Assembly (NCBI GenBank): GCA_030649895.1
Contig: JAUSEX010000031.1
Coordinates: 2,620-66,619 of the forward strand
Source of the DNA: Candidatus Omnitrophota bacterium
Lineage (GTDB): Bacteria; Omnitrophota; Gorgyraeia; Gorgyraeales; Gorgyraeaceae
Direction: 5' to 3'
Length of the DNA: 64,000 bases
The position numbers and the translations under genes are program-made. The notes below the pieces were generated by a model. That model was not told where the DNA came from. It did not search any database and worked only from the letters and a program-made list of their open reading frames with translations. Shown here in pieces: positions 38,330-47,696 of the stretch. The first letter of the stretch is position 1. Every line of letters starts with the position of its first letter.

Positions 38330-39655
38330 ATGAAAAATGAAGAAACTATAATATTAGGCGCGGGGCTTGCAGGCTTGAGCGCAGCATATCATCTGAAAAA
38401 AGGCTACGCATTATTTGAAAAAGACGGCGAGATAGGCGGTATGGCCAGGTCGGTACATAAAGACGGGTACACTTTCGATTACGACGGCCATCTTTTGCAT
38501 TTCAGAAATGAATATACGTTTAATCTTGTTTCAGAGCTTTTAAACGGGAATCTGGCGCCGCACAAACGCAATTCCTGGGTGTATTCAAAAGGTATTTTTA
38601 CCAGATATCCTTTTCAGGCAAATTTCTATGGCCTTCCGAATTCCGTAGTGAAAGATTGCCTGATGGGCCTTATCAAAGCCAGGGTTCTAAGTGCGTCGCA
38701 TTTAAATTCAAACGGGAGTTTTGAGAGCTGGATAATAAAAACGTTCGGGGAAGGCGTAGCAAATCACTTTATGAAGCCATATAACAAAAAATTTTGGACA
38801 GTTGATCTGAGAGAGTTGACGTGCGAGTGGCTGGATGGCTTTGTGCCTGTCCCGGATCTGGAGGATACTGTAACAGGCGCTATATCGGATAACACGAAGC
38901 CGTACGGTTACAACTCCAGATTCTGGTATCCTGTGAAAGGCGGGATATCTGAATTGGTGAAAGGATTTTCAGGAAAAATCAGAAGCGCGCATGTTAATAA
39001 AAAAGCCGTTACCATAGACCAGCGCAGGAAAGAAGTGGTTTTTGAGGACGCCACAATAAAGAAATTTAAAAATATGATAACTACTATACCATTGCCTGAG
39101 CTATCCGGACTTCTGGTAGATATGCCTTCGGAGGTGCAGCAGGCATTTTCAATGTTGAGGTGGACATCTATATATGTGTTAAATATAGGCATAAAAAGCG
39201 ATAATTTAACGGAAAGGCATTGGGTTTATTATCCCGAAGAAAATGTGATTTTCTACAGGGTAGGCTTTCCCACAAGTTTTTCAACGGATGCGGCGCCCGA
39301 GAACAGGATCTCTATCTATGCTGAGATAGCGTATTCAGATGTAAAGAAGATAGATAAATTTGAGGCGCTCCCCAAGGCTATCAGCGATCTTAAAACATGC
39401 GGTATTATTTCAGAAGAATCCGAAGTGGAAATATGCCTGCCGATGGATATCAAATACGGGTATGCGATTTATGATTCCAATAGAAGGCATGCTGTCCAGA
39501 TTATAAAAAATTATCTGGAAAGATTCGAAATATATACGATTGGAAGGTACGGGAGCTGGAAATATATGTCCATGGAGGACGTGATATTAGAGGGCAGGGC
39601 GCTGGCAGAAAAAATGAATTCATGCAATAAGTATAAGGTTGAGGCTAAGGCCTAG
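38330..39655 (+). CDS. FAD/NAD(P)-binding flavoprotein (UDP-galactopyranose mutase / amine-oxidase-like)
   Basis: 441 aa. N-terminal GxGxxG dinucleotide fold (IILGAGLAGLSAAYHL) and GGMARS...FDYDGHLLHF resembling Glf/HemY-like oxidoreductases. Confidence 0.5.
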   Translation: MKNEETIILGAGLAGLSAAYHLKKGYALFEKDGEIGGMARSVHKDGYTFDYDGHLLHFRNEYTFNLVSELLNGNLAPHKRNSWVYSKGIFTRYPFQANFYGLPNSVVKDCLMGLIKARVLSASHLNSNGSFESWIIKTFGEGVANHFMKPYNKKFWTVDLRELTCEWLDGFVPVPDLEDTVTGAISDNTKPYGYNSRFWYPVKGGISELVKGFSGKIRSAHVNKKAVTIDQRRKEVVFEDATIKKFKNMITTIPLPELSGLLVDMPSEVQQAFSMLRWTSIYVLNIGIKSDNLTERHWVYYPEENVIFYRVGFPTSFSTDAAPENRISIYAEIAYSDVKKIDKFEALPKAISDLKTCGIISEESEVEICLPMDIKYGYAIYDSNRRHAVQIIKNYLERFEIYTIGRYGSWKYMSMEDVILEGRALAEKMNSCNKYKVEAKA

Positions 39656-39663
39656 GTTAAGAT

Positions 39664-41511
39664 ATGGCTGTATATATTTTGGGAATCTCGTGTTTCTACC
39701 ATGATGCCGCAGCTGCGCTGATAAAAGACGGAGAGATTATAGCTGCGGCGCAGGAAGAGCGTTTTACGCGCAAGAAGCACGATTTTAATTTTCCGGAAAA
39801 CGCTATCAAGTATTGTCTGAGCGAAGCGTGTATAGAAACCAGGGATTTATCTTTCGTAGCCTTTTATGATAAACCTCTCTTAAAATTTGAAAGGATACTG
39901 CTGACATATTTTTCTTATGCCCCTATAGGTTTCAGGTCTTTTAATAAAGCAATACCTTTGTGGCTCAGGGACAGGCTGTGGATGTCCAGCCTTATTTCAG
40001 AAAATCTGAATTATCAGGGCAAGATTCTTTTTACAGAGCACCACGAATCGCATGCTTCATCCGCATTTTACCCATCGCCTTTTAAAGAAGCGGCTATTCT
40101 CACGATGGATGGCGTAGGAGAATGGGCCACTACAAGTTTTGGCGTAGGCAAGGACAATGATTTTGAATTATTGTATGAAATAAGATTTCCGCATTCTTTA
40201 GGGCTTTTATATTCCGCTTTTACTTATTACACAGGCTTTAAAGTCAATTCAGCTGAATATAAGGTCATGGGCCTTGCGCCTTATGGAGAGCCAAAATACG
40301 CAAATCTAATCTTAAAAGAACTTATAGATTTAAAAGAAGACGGTTCTTTTAAGCTTAATATGAAATATTTCAACTATTGCGCCGGTCTTACAATGACAAA
40401 TAAAAACTTTGACAAGCTGTTCAAACGGCCGCCCAGAAAACCTGAGACAAAAATTACGCAACTTGATATGGATCTTGCAAGGTCAGTCCAGGCTGTAACA
40501 GAAGAGGCTATGCTTAGAACCTGTAGGCATATTCATAAGTTAACCGGCCAGAAAAATCTTTGCCTTGCAGGGGGCGTTGCTTTGAACTGCGTTGCGAACG
40601 GAAAGATTTTAAAGGAAGGGCCTTTTGAGAATATCTGGATCCAGCCTTCAGCCGGAGACGCGGGAGGGGCGCTGGGGGCGGCGTTACGAATCTGGTATAA
40701 ATATTTAGGAAACAAGCGGAGCGCTGATGATATCCATGATTCACAGAAAGGCTCTTATCTCGGGCCTGAATATCAGGATAGTTATATAGAAAACTATCTG
40801 AAAACCAACAATATAGCATATTCTAAGTTAGGCAGACAGGAATTATCAAAAACTATAGCCGGTTATATTAGCAATGAAAAGGTTATAGGATGGTTTCAGG
40901 GAAGGATGGAATTCGGGCCCAGGGCCCTTGGGGCGCGCAGCATAATAGGAGACGCCAGATCGCCTGTCATGCAATCAAGGATGAATCTTAAGATAAAATT
41001 CAGGGAATCGTTCAGGCCGTTCGCTCCCAGCGTCCTGGCTGAAAAGGCAAAAGATTATTTTAATATAGACTGTGAAAGCCCGTATATGCTATTGGTAGCT
41101 GAAGTAGAAAAATCCCATATTTGCTTTCCGATCGCCGATCGGAAAACCATATCCGATCGGCGATCGGAAAAAGAGTTAGAAGGCTTTGACAGGTTGAAAA
41201 TTATACGATCTGATATACCGGCGGTGACTCACATAGACAATTCAGCCAGGCTACAGACGGTGTCGGAAGACACGCCTAATAAAGCTTATTACGAGCTTAT
41301 CATGGAATTATATAAAAATATCGGTTGCCCTGTGATAATAAACACATCTTTTAATGTAAGAGGGGAGCCTATAGTAGCCAGCCCCCAGGACGCTTACAGG
41401 TGTTTTATGCGGACTGAAATGGATTATCTGGTGATAGGGAGCTTTGTGATTGATAGAAAACAGCAGCCAAAAAAAGACCTGGAAGACAGGCAATATTTTG
41501 AATTGGATTGA
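39664..41511 (+). CDS. carbamoyltransferase (NodU/CmcH family)
   Basis: 615 aa. MAVYILGISCFYHDAAAALIKDGEIIAAAQEERFTRKKHD is the hallmark N-terminus. C-terminal YrdC-like transfer domain. Confidence 0.9.
   Translation: MAVYILGISCFYHDAAAALIKDGEIIAAAQEERFTRKKHDFNFPENAIKYCLSEACIETRDLSFVAFYDKPLLKFERILLTYFSYAPIGFRSFNKAIPLWLRDRLWMSSLISENLNYQGKILFTEHHESHASSAFYPSPFKEAAILTMDGVGEWATTSFGVGKDNDFELLYEIRFPHSLGLLYSAFTYYTGFKVNSAEYKVMGLAPYGEPKYANLILKELIDLKEDGSFKLNMKYFNYCAGLTMTNKNFDKLFKRPPRKPETKITQLDMDLARSVQAVTEEAMLRTCRHIHKLTGQKNLCLAGGVALNCVANGKILKEGPFENIWIQPSAGDAGGALGAALRIWYKYLGNKRSADDIHDSQKGSYLGPEYQDSYIENYLKTNNIAYSKLGRQELSKTIAGYISNEKVIGWFQGRMEFGPRALGARSIIGDARSPVMQSRMNLKIKFRESFRPFAPSVLAEKAKDYFNIDCESPYMLLVAEVEKSHICFPIADRKTISDRRSEKELEGFDRLKIIRSDIPAVTHIDNSARLQTVSEDTPNKAYYELIMELYKNIGCPVIINTSFNVRGEPIVASPQDAYRCFMRTEMDYLVIGSFVIDRKQQPKKDLEDRQYFELD
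41125..41171 (+). repeat. in-frame palindromic insert inside the carbamoyltransferase CDS
   Basis: ttccgatcgccgatcggaa-aaccatat-ccgatcggcgatcggaaaaa. Two nested palindromes encoding ...FPIADRKTISDRRSEK... in a region not typical of NodU cores. Confidence 0.4.
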
Positions 41512-41543
41512 TATCGCGGAACTTATACGGAAGAGATGAATGT

Positions 41544-41963
41544 ATGAAAAATAATATTGTTCGAGCGAGGCCCGAAGAGCAGAGTCGAGAACTGCGGAAA
41601 TTCGGGTTTAATATAGGTTTAGGTTTGAATATACTCGGATGCATAATGTTTTACAGGCGCAGGGAACATTTTATATGGCTTGCTGCTATCGGGTCCGCTG
41701 CCCTGGTTTCAGCTGTTTTATATCCGAAGGCCTTAAAGCCGCTAAAGAAGTTTTTAGACAAGCTGATTTTTATTATTGGCTGGCTCATGAGCGCGATAAG
41801 CATGTCGATAGTTTTTTATCTAATATTCACGCCAATAGCAATCTTGCTTAGAATTATTGGAAAAGACCTGCTTAATGAAAAAATGGATAAAAAAGCCGCT
41901 TCTTATTGGATCAAGAGAAAGGCAAGTATTTTTTCAGAAAAATCTTATGAACAGATGGGCTGA
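41544..41963 (+). CDS. small membrane protein, SxtJ-like (carbamoyltransferase-associated)
   Basis: Two TM helices. Gene order mirrors the sxtI-sxtJ arrangement; family assignment is from memory. An alternative TTG start at 41508 overlaps the upstream stop. Confidence 0.35.
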   Translation: MKNNIVRARPEEQSRELRKFGFNIGLGLNILGCIMFYRRREHFIWLAAIGSAALVSAVLYPKALKPLKKFLDKLIFIIGWLMSAISMSIVFYLIFTPIAILLRIIGKDLLNEKMDKKAASYWIKRKASIFSEKSYEQMG

Positions 41964-41977
41964 AGATAGGATGGAGA

Positions 41978-42760
41978 ATGAACTTAATAGTCAGATTTAA
42001 AAAAATAATAGCTGAAAGACAGATTATCAGGGGCATGGTAATAAAAAATTTAAAGAGCAAATATATCGGCTCTATATCAGGGATCTTGTGGGCTGTTATA
42101 AATCCTTTGTTGATTATGCTGGTGATCACCTTTGTTTTTAGCCAGATAATGAAGACAGATATAAAGCATTTTCCATTATTGGTGTTAAGCGCGCTTTTAC
42201 CTTGGAATTTTTTTAATAATTCTATAAATGAATCCGCAGCTTCGATCAGCAGCAATGTCGATGTGTTAAGGCAATTTGTGATGCTTAAAGAGACTATCCC
42301 TATAGCTACGGTAATAACTAATCTTATAACTTTTTTATTTGGTTTTATAATTGTCCTGCCGGTTTTTATTATGTTTAATACAGGCATTGTAAATTATCTT
42401 ATCTTGCTGCCTTTTGTAGTGGTGCTACATTTTATTTTTACATTAGGGATCTCCATGCTTCTTAGTATAATAAATGTTTATTTTAAAGACTTGCCTCAGT
42501 TATTGAATATTTTTTTAATGTTACTATTTTGGCTTACGCCTGTATTTTATTCCATAGATATGATACCTCAAAAATACCACTGGCTTATTATTGCCAATCC
42601 GAGCGCATGTTATATTATTATTTACAGGGCGCTATTATATCAGGGTTTTAGCGGCGGCATATCTATATGGTTACTTGCGATTGGATTTGCTTTGATCAGC
42701 ATAATAAGCGGGTATTTTTTATTTATGAAAAAAGAATCGGAAATCTTGAAATACGCGTAG
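41978..42760 (+). CDS. wzm: ABC-2 type polysaccharide exporter permease (Wzm/TagG-like)
   Basis: 260 aa, six TM helices, ABC-2 family pattern. Immediately upstream of the ATPase. Confidence 0.8.
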   Translation: MNLIVRFKKIIAERQIIRGMVIKNLKSKYIGSISGILWAVINPLLIMLVITFVFSQIMKTDIKHFPLLVLSALLPWNFFNNSINESAASISSNVDVLRQFVMLKETIPIATVITNLITFLFGFIIVLPVFIMFNTGIVNYLILLPFVVVLHFIFTLGISMLLSIINVYFKDLPQLLNIFLMLLFWLTPVFYSIDMIPQKYHWLIIANPSACYIIIYRALLYQGFSGGISIWLLAIGFALISIISGYFLFMKKESEILKYA

Positions 42761-42783
42761 ATAAAAACGATGGATTGAATATC

Positions 42784-45597
42784 ATGAGCATGATATCTTT
42801 AAAAGATGTTGGTTTAAAATATAAGGTAGAGTTTAAAGAAAACGGCAGGATTACAACCGAGGATTTTTTGGCGCTTAAGGATATAAATATAGAGATAGAA
42901 AAAGGGGAAATCGTAGGGATCATAGGTGAAAATGGGGCTGGGAAAACCACGTTACTTAAAATAATAGCCAGGATGCTGGCGCCTGATAAGGGTACAGTTG
43001 ATGTAAATGGCAAAGTCTCTATGCTTATGGAAATAGGGTCTGGTTTTCACAGGGAGCTTACAGGCAGAGAGAATATATATACTATTTCTTCATTATTTGG
43101 CTTTTCAAAAGCGGAGATAGAGGCGAAATATGGTGATATAGTGAAGTTTGCAGCTATAGGCAGGTTTATAAATGCGCCGGTAAAGATTTATTCTCAAGGC
43201 ATGTATATGCGCCTGGCTTTTGCTATAGCGATACATGTGAACCCCGATATCTTGCTGGTGGATGATATATTTGCGGTCGGAGATGTTTATGCGCAGCGTA
43301 AATGTATCAATAAAATGTTTGAACTTAAAGAGCAGGGCAAGACTATTATTTTTGTTAACCAGGATATAGAAATACTAAAAAGATTCTGCACAAAGGGTAT
43401 ATTCTTAAGGGAAGGCAGCGTTGTTAAGGAAGGACCTATAGATAAAATATGCGATTACTATATGGAATCAGTGGGTGAAAAAAAAGGAATTGCTATTTTG
43501 GAAAAAGGTTTATTAGGCGTAGTTTTTAATAATGGCAGACTTATTCTAAGGTGGAAGAACAACGCTATTACATGTGGTTTTGGCGGATATACTATGGTTT
43601 TAACTTCAGGCCGTCAATATCTGTCAAATACTGCTGACTGGGAAGTCCAAAAGTCTAAGACAGGCGATGAAATCATAGCCATAGGTAAATGGCCTGATAC
43701 CCCGCTTATTCAATGCTGGAAAATAGTTTTCTTAAGTGAGAGAGAATTTTCATGGGAAATAACGATGCAAATGTTTGAAAATATTGCTATAGAGAAATTT
43801 TCTGCAGATATTATATTTATAGAGGGATATAAAAAGTGGTTTACTTTGGACAGTGAAACTAGTTTCCCGGAGGCTTTTGTTCACGATGCAGAATGGGAAT
43901 ACAATCTAGTCAGTGATTCTGCCAATAAGCTAATCGGCTTAAAAGGCAATAATCAAATATCAGGCTTTTTACCCGTGGTAATTTTAGACAGGTCTAATGA
44001 TAATATGGAAATAAAATGTGAAGTTTGTAATACAGGCGCCGATATAGGAGGCAGGGCAGTCCGATATCAGTCTCTTTGTCAGAAGCCGGGATTTGATTAT
44101 ATCCAGGATAAATACAGGTGTTTCCTTAGCACGGTAAGAATATTTGAATCTGAAGAAGGCGAGGGTTTAAAAAATTATATTAGTTGTACAAAACAAATAA
44201 TAAGTGAATCCTACATTATACGCAAAGGCTTAATAAGCCTTTTTTGCAAGGATCATAAGGTTGAAATTTATTATCGAGATAAATTACTTACGAGCGGAAT
44301 AGGTTTAAATGTGAGATTTAAATGCCAAGATAAAAATTACAGCCCTCTTGATGGGCAATGGGTTATGCACAAAAAAAATAATGAAGAAATAGCAATAACT
44401 ATTTCTTGGGGCGGGAAATCGCCACTTATTCAAACATGGAAGCTGAAATTGCAGGATGATAATGTTGTAGCATGGGAAATAGAGATGGAGATTAATGAAA
44501 AGACAGTGATAAGAAATAAGGAAGTAGAGCTGACACTTAATGAAGAATATGAGAAATGGATAACTGAGAATGAAAGAGGAGATTTTAAAAAAGCAGAGAA
44601 ACAAGGCAGCACAGTGCTTTTAAATAAATATATAAATGAACATATCGGCGTAGAGGGCATATCTAAAGTGGATGGGTTAGTTTTGCCTGGTGTAATATTT
44701 AATTATAAAGACGCGGCCCCCAAGGTTTCTTACATTTCTAAAATAAAAGAAGGGATAATGGCTACAAAATTACGGTATACGGAAATAGACTGTAAGGATA
44801 ATTTTTATATTCCATCAGGAAGGTATGAATATTTTAAAGGCGAGATAAAAGTGATAGCTGATCAAGAAAAAAGCCAGGATTTGATAAATAAAAAATCGGC
44901 TATTGGTAAGAAGGAATCATTAAACAGAATAGAACTTGGCAGCGTGTCGTTAGTTTTTGATAACGGAAGAGGCAGGATTTTTTGGAACGGTACAGAATTG
45001 ACAAAAGGATTAGGGCTGTACGCGTCTATTTTTTTTAAAGACGTATGGCATGATTCCTCTCAGGCTTTTTGGGAGGTTAAAAAGTTAGACCAAAAAAGAT
45101 TATCGGCTGTTGGTTATTGGCCTTGGCTGCCACTGATACAGACTTGGAAGATTTGTTTAGAGGATGAAAATACTGTTGTGTGGGATATAAAAAAAGAAAT
45201 TTGGGATGATGTTATTTTAAAAAGAGAACAGGTAAATCTTATGCTTTCGGATAACTATAAGGCATGGTCTGCTCATAAACGAATTCATGGAAAGTTTCCC
45301 AGTACATTTAGCAAGCATAGTGGTATTTTTTGGGATAGACTGTGGTGTGGGGATACTACCTCTCCTATTAGAGTTGAAAAGCAGAGGATTGGAAATAGGA
45401 TTTTAGGTGGGCAGCTTTTACCAGCTGTTGCTCTTGATTGTTCAATAGATTGTCCTGCCCGCTATTTCATTATTGAAAATACGGATGATTTATTTGAAGC
45501 CCGGGTTCTACAGTGTGAATTTGATTCGAATCAGAAATGCGGCGTTAATAAAGATAGAGATAAATATTTTGAAGGGCGAATCAAGGTAAATATTTAA
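42784..45597 (+). CDS. wzt: ABC transporter ATP-binding protein (Wzt/TagH-like) with ~690-aa C-terminal extension made of three novel bipartite modules
   Basis: Start placed at ATG 42784 (MSMISLKDVGL) after the permease stop. Walker A GENGAGKTT, ABC signature YSQGMYMRLAFA, Walker B ILLVDDIFAVGD. The C-terminal repeats start near 43510, 44230 and 44940. Confidence 0.85.
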   Translation: MSMISLKDVGLKYKVEFKENGRITTEDFLALKDINIEIEKGEIVGIIGENGAGKTTLLKIIARMLAPDKGTVDVNGKVSMLMEIGSGFHRELTGRENIYTISSLFGFSKAEIEAKYGDIVKFAAIGRFINAPVKIYSQGMYMRLAFAIAIHVNPDILLVDDIFAVGDVYAQRKCINKMFELKEQGKTIIFVNQDIEILKRFCTKGIFLREGSVVKEGPIDKICDYYMESVGEKKGIAILEKGLLGVVFNNGRLILRWKNNAITCGFGGYTMVLTSGRQYLSNTADWEVQKSKTGDEIIAIGKWPDTPLIQCWKIVFLSEREFSWEITMQMFENIAIEKFSADIIFIEGYKKWFTLDSETSFPEAFVHDAEWEYNLVSDSANKLIGLKGNNQISGFLPVVILDRSNDNMEIKCEVCNTGADIGGRAVRYQSLCQKPGFDYIQDKYRCFLSTVRIFESEEGEGLKNYISCTKQIISESYIIRKGLISLFCKDHKVEIYYRDKLLTSGIGLNVRFKCQDKNYSPLDGQWVMHKKNNEEIAITISWGGKSPLIQTWKLKLQDDNVVAWEIEMEINEKTVIRNKEVELTLNEEYEKWITENERGDFKKAEKQGSTVLLNKYINEHIGVEGISKVDGLVLPGVIFNYKDAAPKVSYISKIKEGIMATKLRYTEIDCKDNFYIPSGRYEYFKGEIKVIADQEKSQDLINKKSAIGKKESLNRIELGSVSLVFDNGRGRIFWNGTELTKGLGLYASIFFKDVWHDSSQAFWEVKKLDQKRLSAVGYWPWLPLIQTWKICLEDENTVVWDIKKEIWDDVILKREQVNLMLSDNYKAWSAHKRIHGKFPSTFSKHSGIFWDRLWCGDTTSPIRVEKQRIGNRILGGQLLPAVALDCSIDCPARYFIIENTDDLFEARVLQCEFDSNQKCGVNKDRDKYFEGRIKVNI

Positions 45598-45621
45598 GAT
45601 TTATTTTATTAGATAGATAAA

Positions 45622-46656
45622 ATGGACATTAGCACGCAAAATATCAATGCAAATTTTAAAAGAAACGGATCAAATTCTATTTTTCCGAATTATTGCTGTT
45701 TTGTAATTACGCTTAAGTGTATAATGAAATGTAAAATGTGTCACATTTGGAGAGATAGTGGAAACATCTTAAACGAACTGACAATTCAAGAATGGAAAGA
45801 TGTTGTAAATTCTCTCAAGGGTTTTTTGGATACGAAATATGATATTATATTATCCGGCGGAGAGCCGCTTTTAAAGAAAGATATACTAGGTCTGGTAAGT
45901 TATATTGCAAAATCAGGGTACAGGGCATCTCTTGAAACAAACTCTTATCTTGTTGATGAAGAACTGGCCAGGGCAATCCAGGATTCAGGGTTGTGGAGAA
46001 TTTGTATTTCATTGGATAGCTTGGCTGAGGATACGCATGATTCATTAAGAGGAAGAAAAGGTTCGTATGGAAGGGTAATGAGAGGGATTGAATATTTAAA
46101 TAAGTTTTGTCCATCGGTCGGTATAAATATACAAACTACTATTATGGAGCAAAATTTAGATGAGCTTGCTAAGCTTGCTGAATGGGTAGCTAGTGATGAA
46201 CGATTAGATTATGTTTATTTCCAGGCAATAGTCCGTCCTTTTGGCACGCCTATGGATGAAAATTGGTTTAAAGGCGATCATTATGGGTTTTTATGGCCTA
46301 GCCATACAGATAAAGTAAATCTGGCTATAGAAGAGCTGATAAGAATTAAAGAAAATAATCCTAAAATTGCCAATACAGTTGCTCAGTTTAAGGCGTATAA
46401 GGCATATTTTAAAGACCCGGTTAACTTCGGTAATAACATAAAATGCACGATAGGTAACCGCGATATTAATATAAATCCATGCGGCGATGCATACCTTTGT
46501 TTTTCAAAAGATTCCATAGGCAATATAAAAAATAGAAGCATAGAAGAAATATGGTATTCAGAAAAGGCTGACAAGGTAAGAAATGAGATCATTGGCTGTA
46601 AAAAACATTGCCATTTTTTACTCAATTGTTCTTTTGAAAAGGGAGACTATTTTTAG
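45622..46656 (+). CDS. radical SAM protein with C-terminal Cys-rich (SPASM/twitch-like) domain, paralog 1 of 8
   Basis: 344 aa. YCCFVITLKCIMKCKMCHIW (CxxxCxxC), SGGEPLL glycine motif, C-terminal C-x12-C-x5-C...C-x3-C-x5-C (IGCKKHCHFLLNC). Confidence 0.8.
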   Translation: MDISTQNINANFKRNGSNSIFPNYCCFVITLKCIMKCKMCHIWRDSGNILNELTIQEWKDVVNSLKGFLDTKYDIILSGGEPLLKKDILGLVSYIAKSGYRASLETNSYLVDEELARAIQDSGLWRICISLDSLAEDTHDSLRGRKGSYGRVMRGIEYLNKFCPSVGINIQTTIMEQNLDELAKLAEWVASDERLDYVYFQAIVRPFGTPMDENWFKGDHYGFLWPSHTDKVNLAIEELIRIKENNPKIANTVAQFKAYKAYFKDPVNFGNNIKCTIGNRDININPCGDAYLCFSKDSIGNIKNRSIEEIWYSEKADKVRNEIIGCKKHCHFLLNCSFEKGDYF

Positions 46657-46679
46657 TAGATTTTTATCTAAAAATTATT

Positions 46680-47696
46680 ATGCAAGATAAGCCATTTAAT
46701 TTTTTAAAATCTCAAAGCAGCCTTTTAGATATACGAAAACCGGCATTTTGCTGTATAGGTATTTCTACAGGGTGCATTTTGAAATGCAAGATGTGTTCAG
46801 TGTGGAAAACCAAATATGTTGCTATGCCACAAGAACCTACTATGGATGAATGGTTTCGTTTTATCGAGCTTGCTGCCGGCTTAACGGAAAATTCTATCGA
46901 GATAAACGTTTCCGGAGGAGAGCCTTTATTAGATGAAAGAAATTTAGCGTTAGTTAAATTTAGCGCCAAAAAAGGACTTTCAACTTCTATGCCTACCAAC
47001 GGTTTTCTCATAGACAAAGAGATGGCTTATAAAATAGCAGATAGCGGACTAAGCGCGATAGGCATATCTTTGGATGGTATCAAAAAAGATACGCATGATT
47101 TTTTAAGAGGCGTAGAGGGATGCCATGACAAAGCAATGCAGGCGATTGACTATCTTGATAGATGCTGCGGAAATATAGGAATAGGAATTTTGACAACTAT
47201 ATCAGAGAAGAATATCGATGAAATTATTGAGCTAACCAGGTGGGCTAATGAAGACAATAGAATCGAAACTATTATTTTTCAGGCGGTAACTCAGCCATTT
47301 AATACTCCTTTTGACGATGAATGGCATGATAAAAGCGAATATAGTTTTCTCTGGCCGAAAGACATCAGAAAGACCCATGTCTTATTAGACGAGATAATAA
47401 AACTAAAAAAAATGGCGTATAAGATATCCAACACAGTTTCTCAATTGGAAACTTTTAAGAAGTATTTTGAAAACCCCTTGGGATTTATTAAAAAAGATGC
47501 GTGTAATGTGGATTTTTATATGAATATAAATCAATTTGGAGATGTATATATGTGTCCAAGAAAAAAAGCTGTAGGGAATATAAGAAAATGCACTCCAAAA
47601 GATATGTGGTATTCAGAAGGCGCAAATCAAATGAGAGAAGAAATAAAAAGCTGCAGAGTAAATTGTCATCATGTATTAAATTGTTGTTATGAATGA
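46680..47696 (+). CDS. radical SAM/SPASM-like protein, paralog 2
   Basis: 338 aa. FCCIGISTGCILKCKMCSVW, SGGEPLL, KSCRVNCHHVLNCCYE. Confidence 0.8.
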   Translation: MQDKPFNFLKSQSSLLDIRKPAFCCIGISTGCILKCKMCSVWKTKYVAMPQEPTMDEWFRFIELAAGLTENSIEINVSGGEPLLDERNLALVKFSAKKGLSTSMPTNGFLIDKEMAYKIADSGLSAIGISLDGIKKDTHDFLRGVEGCHDKAMQAIDYLDRCCGNIGIGILTTISEKNIDEIIELTRWANEDNRIETIIFQAVTQPFNTPFDDEWHDKSEYSFLWPKDIRKTHVLLDEIIKLKKMAYKISNTVSQLETFKKYFENPLGFIKKDACNVDFYMNINQFGDVYMCPRKKAVGNIRKCTPKDMWYSEGANQMREEIKSCRVNCHHVLNCCYE

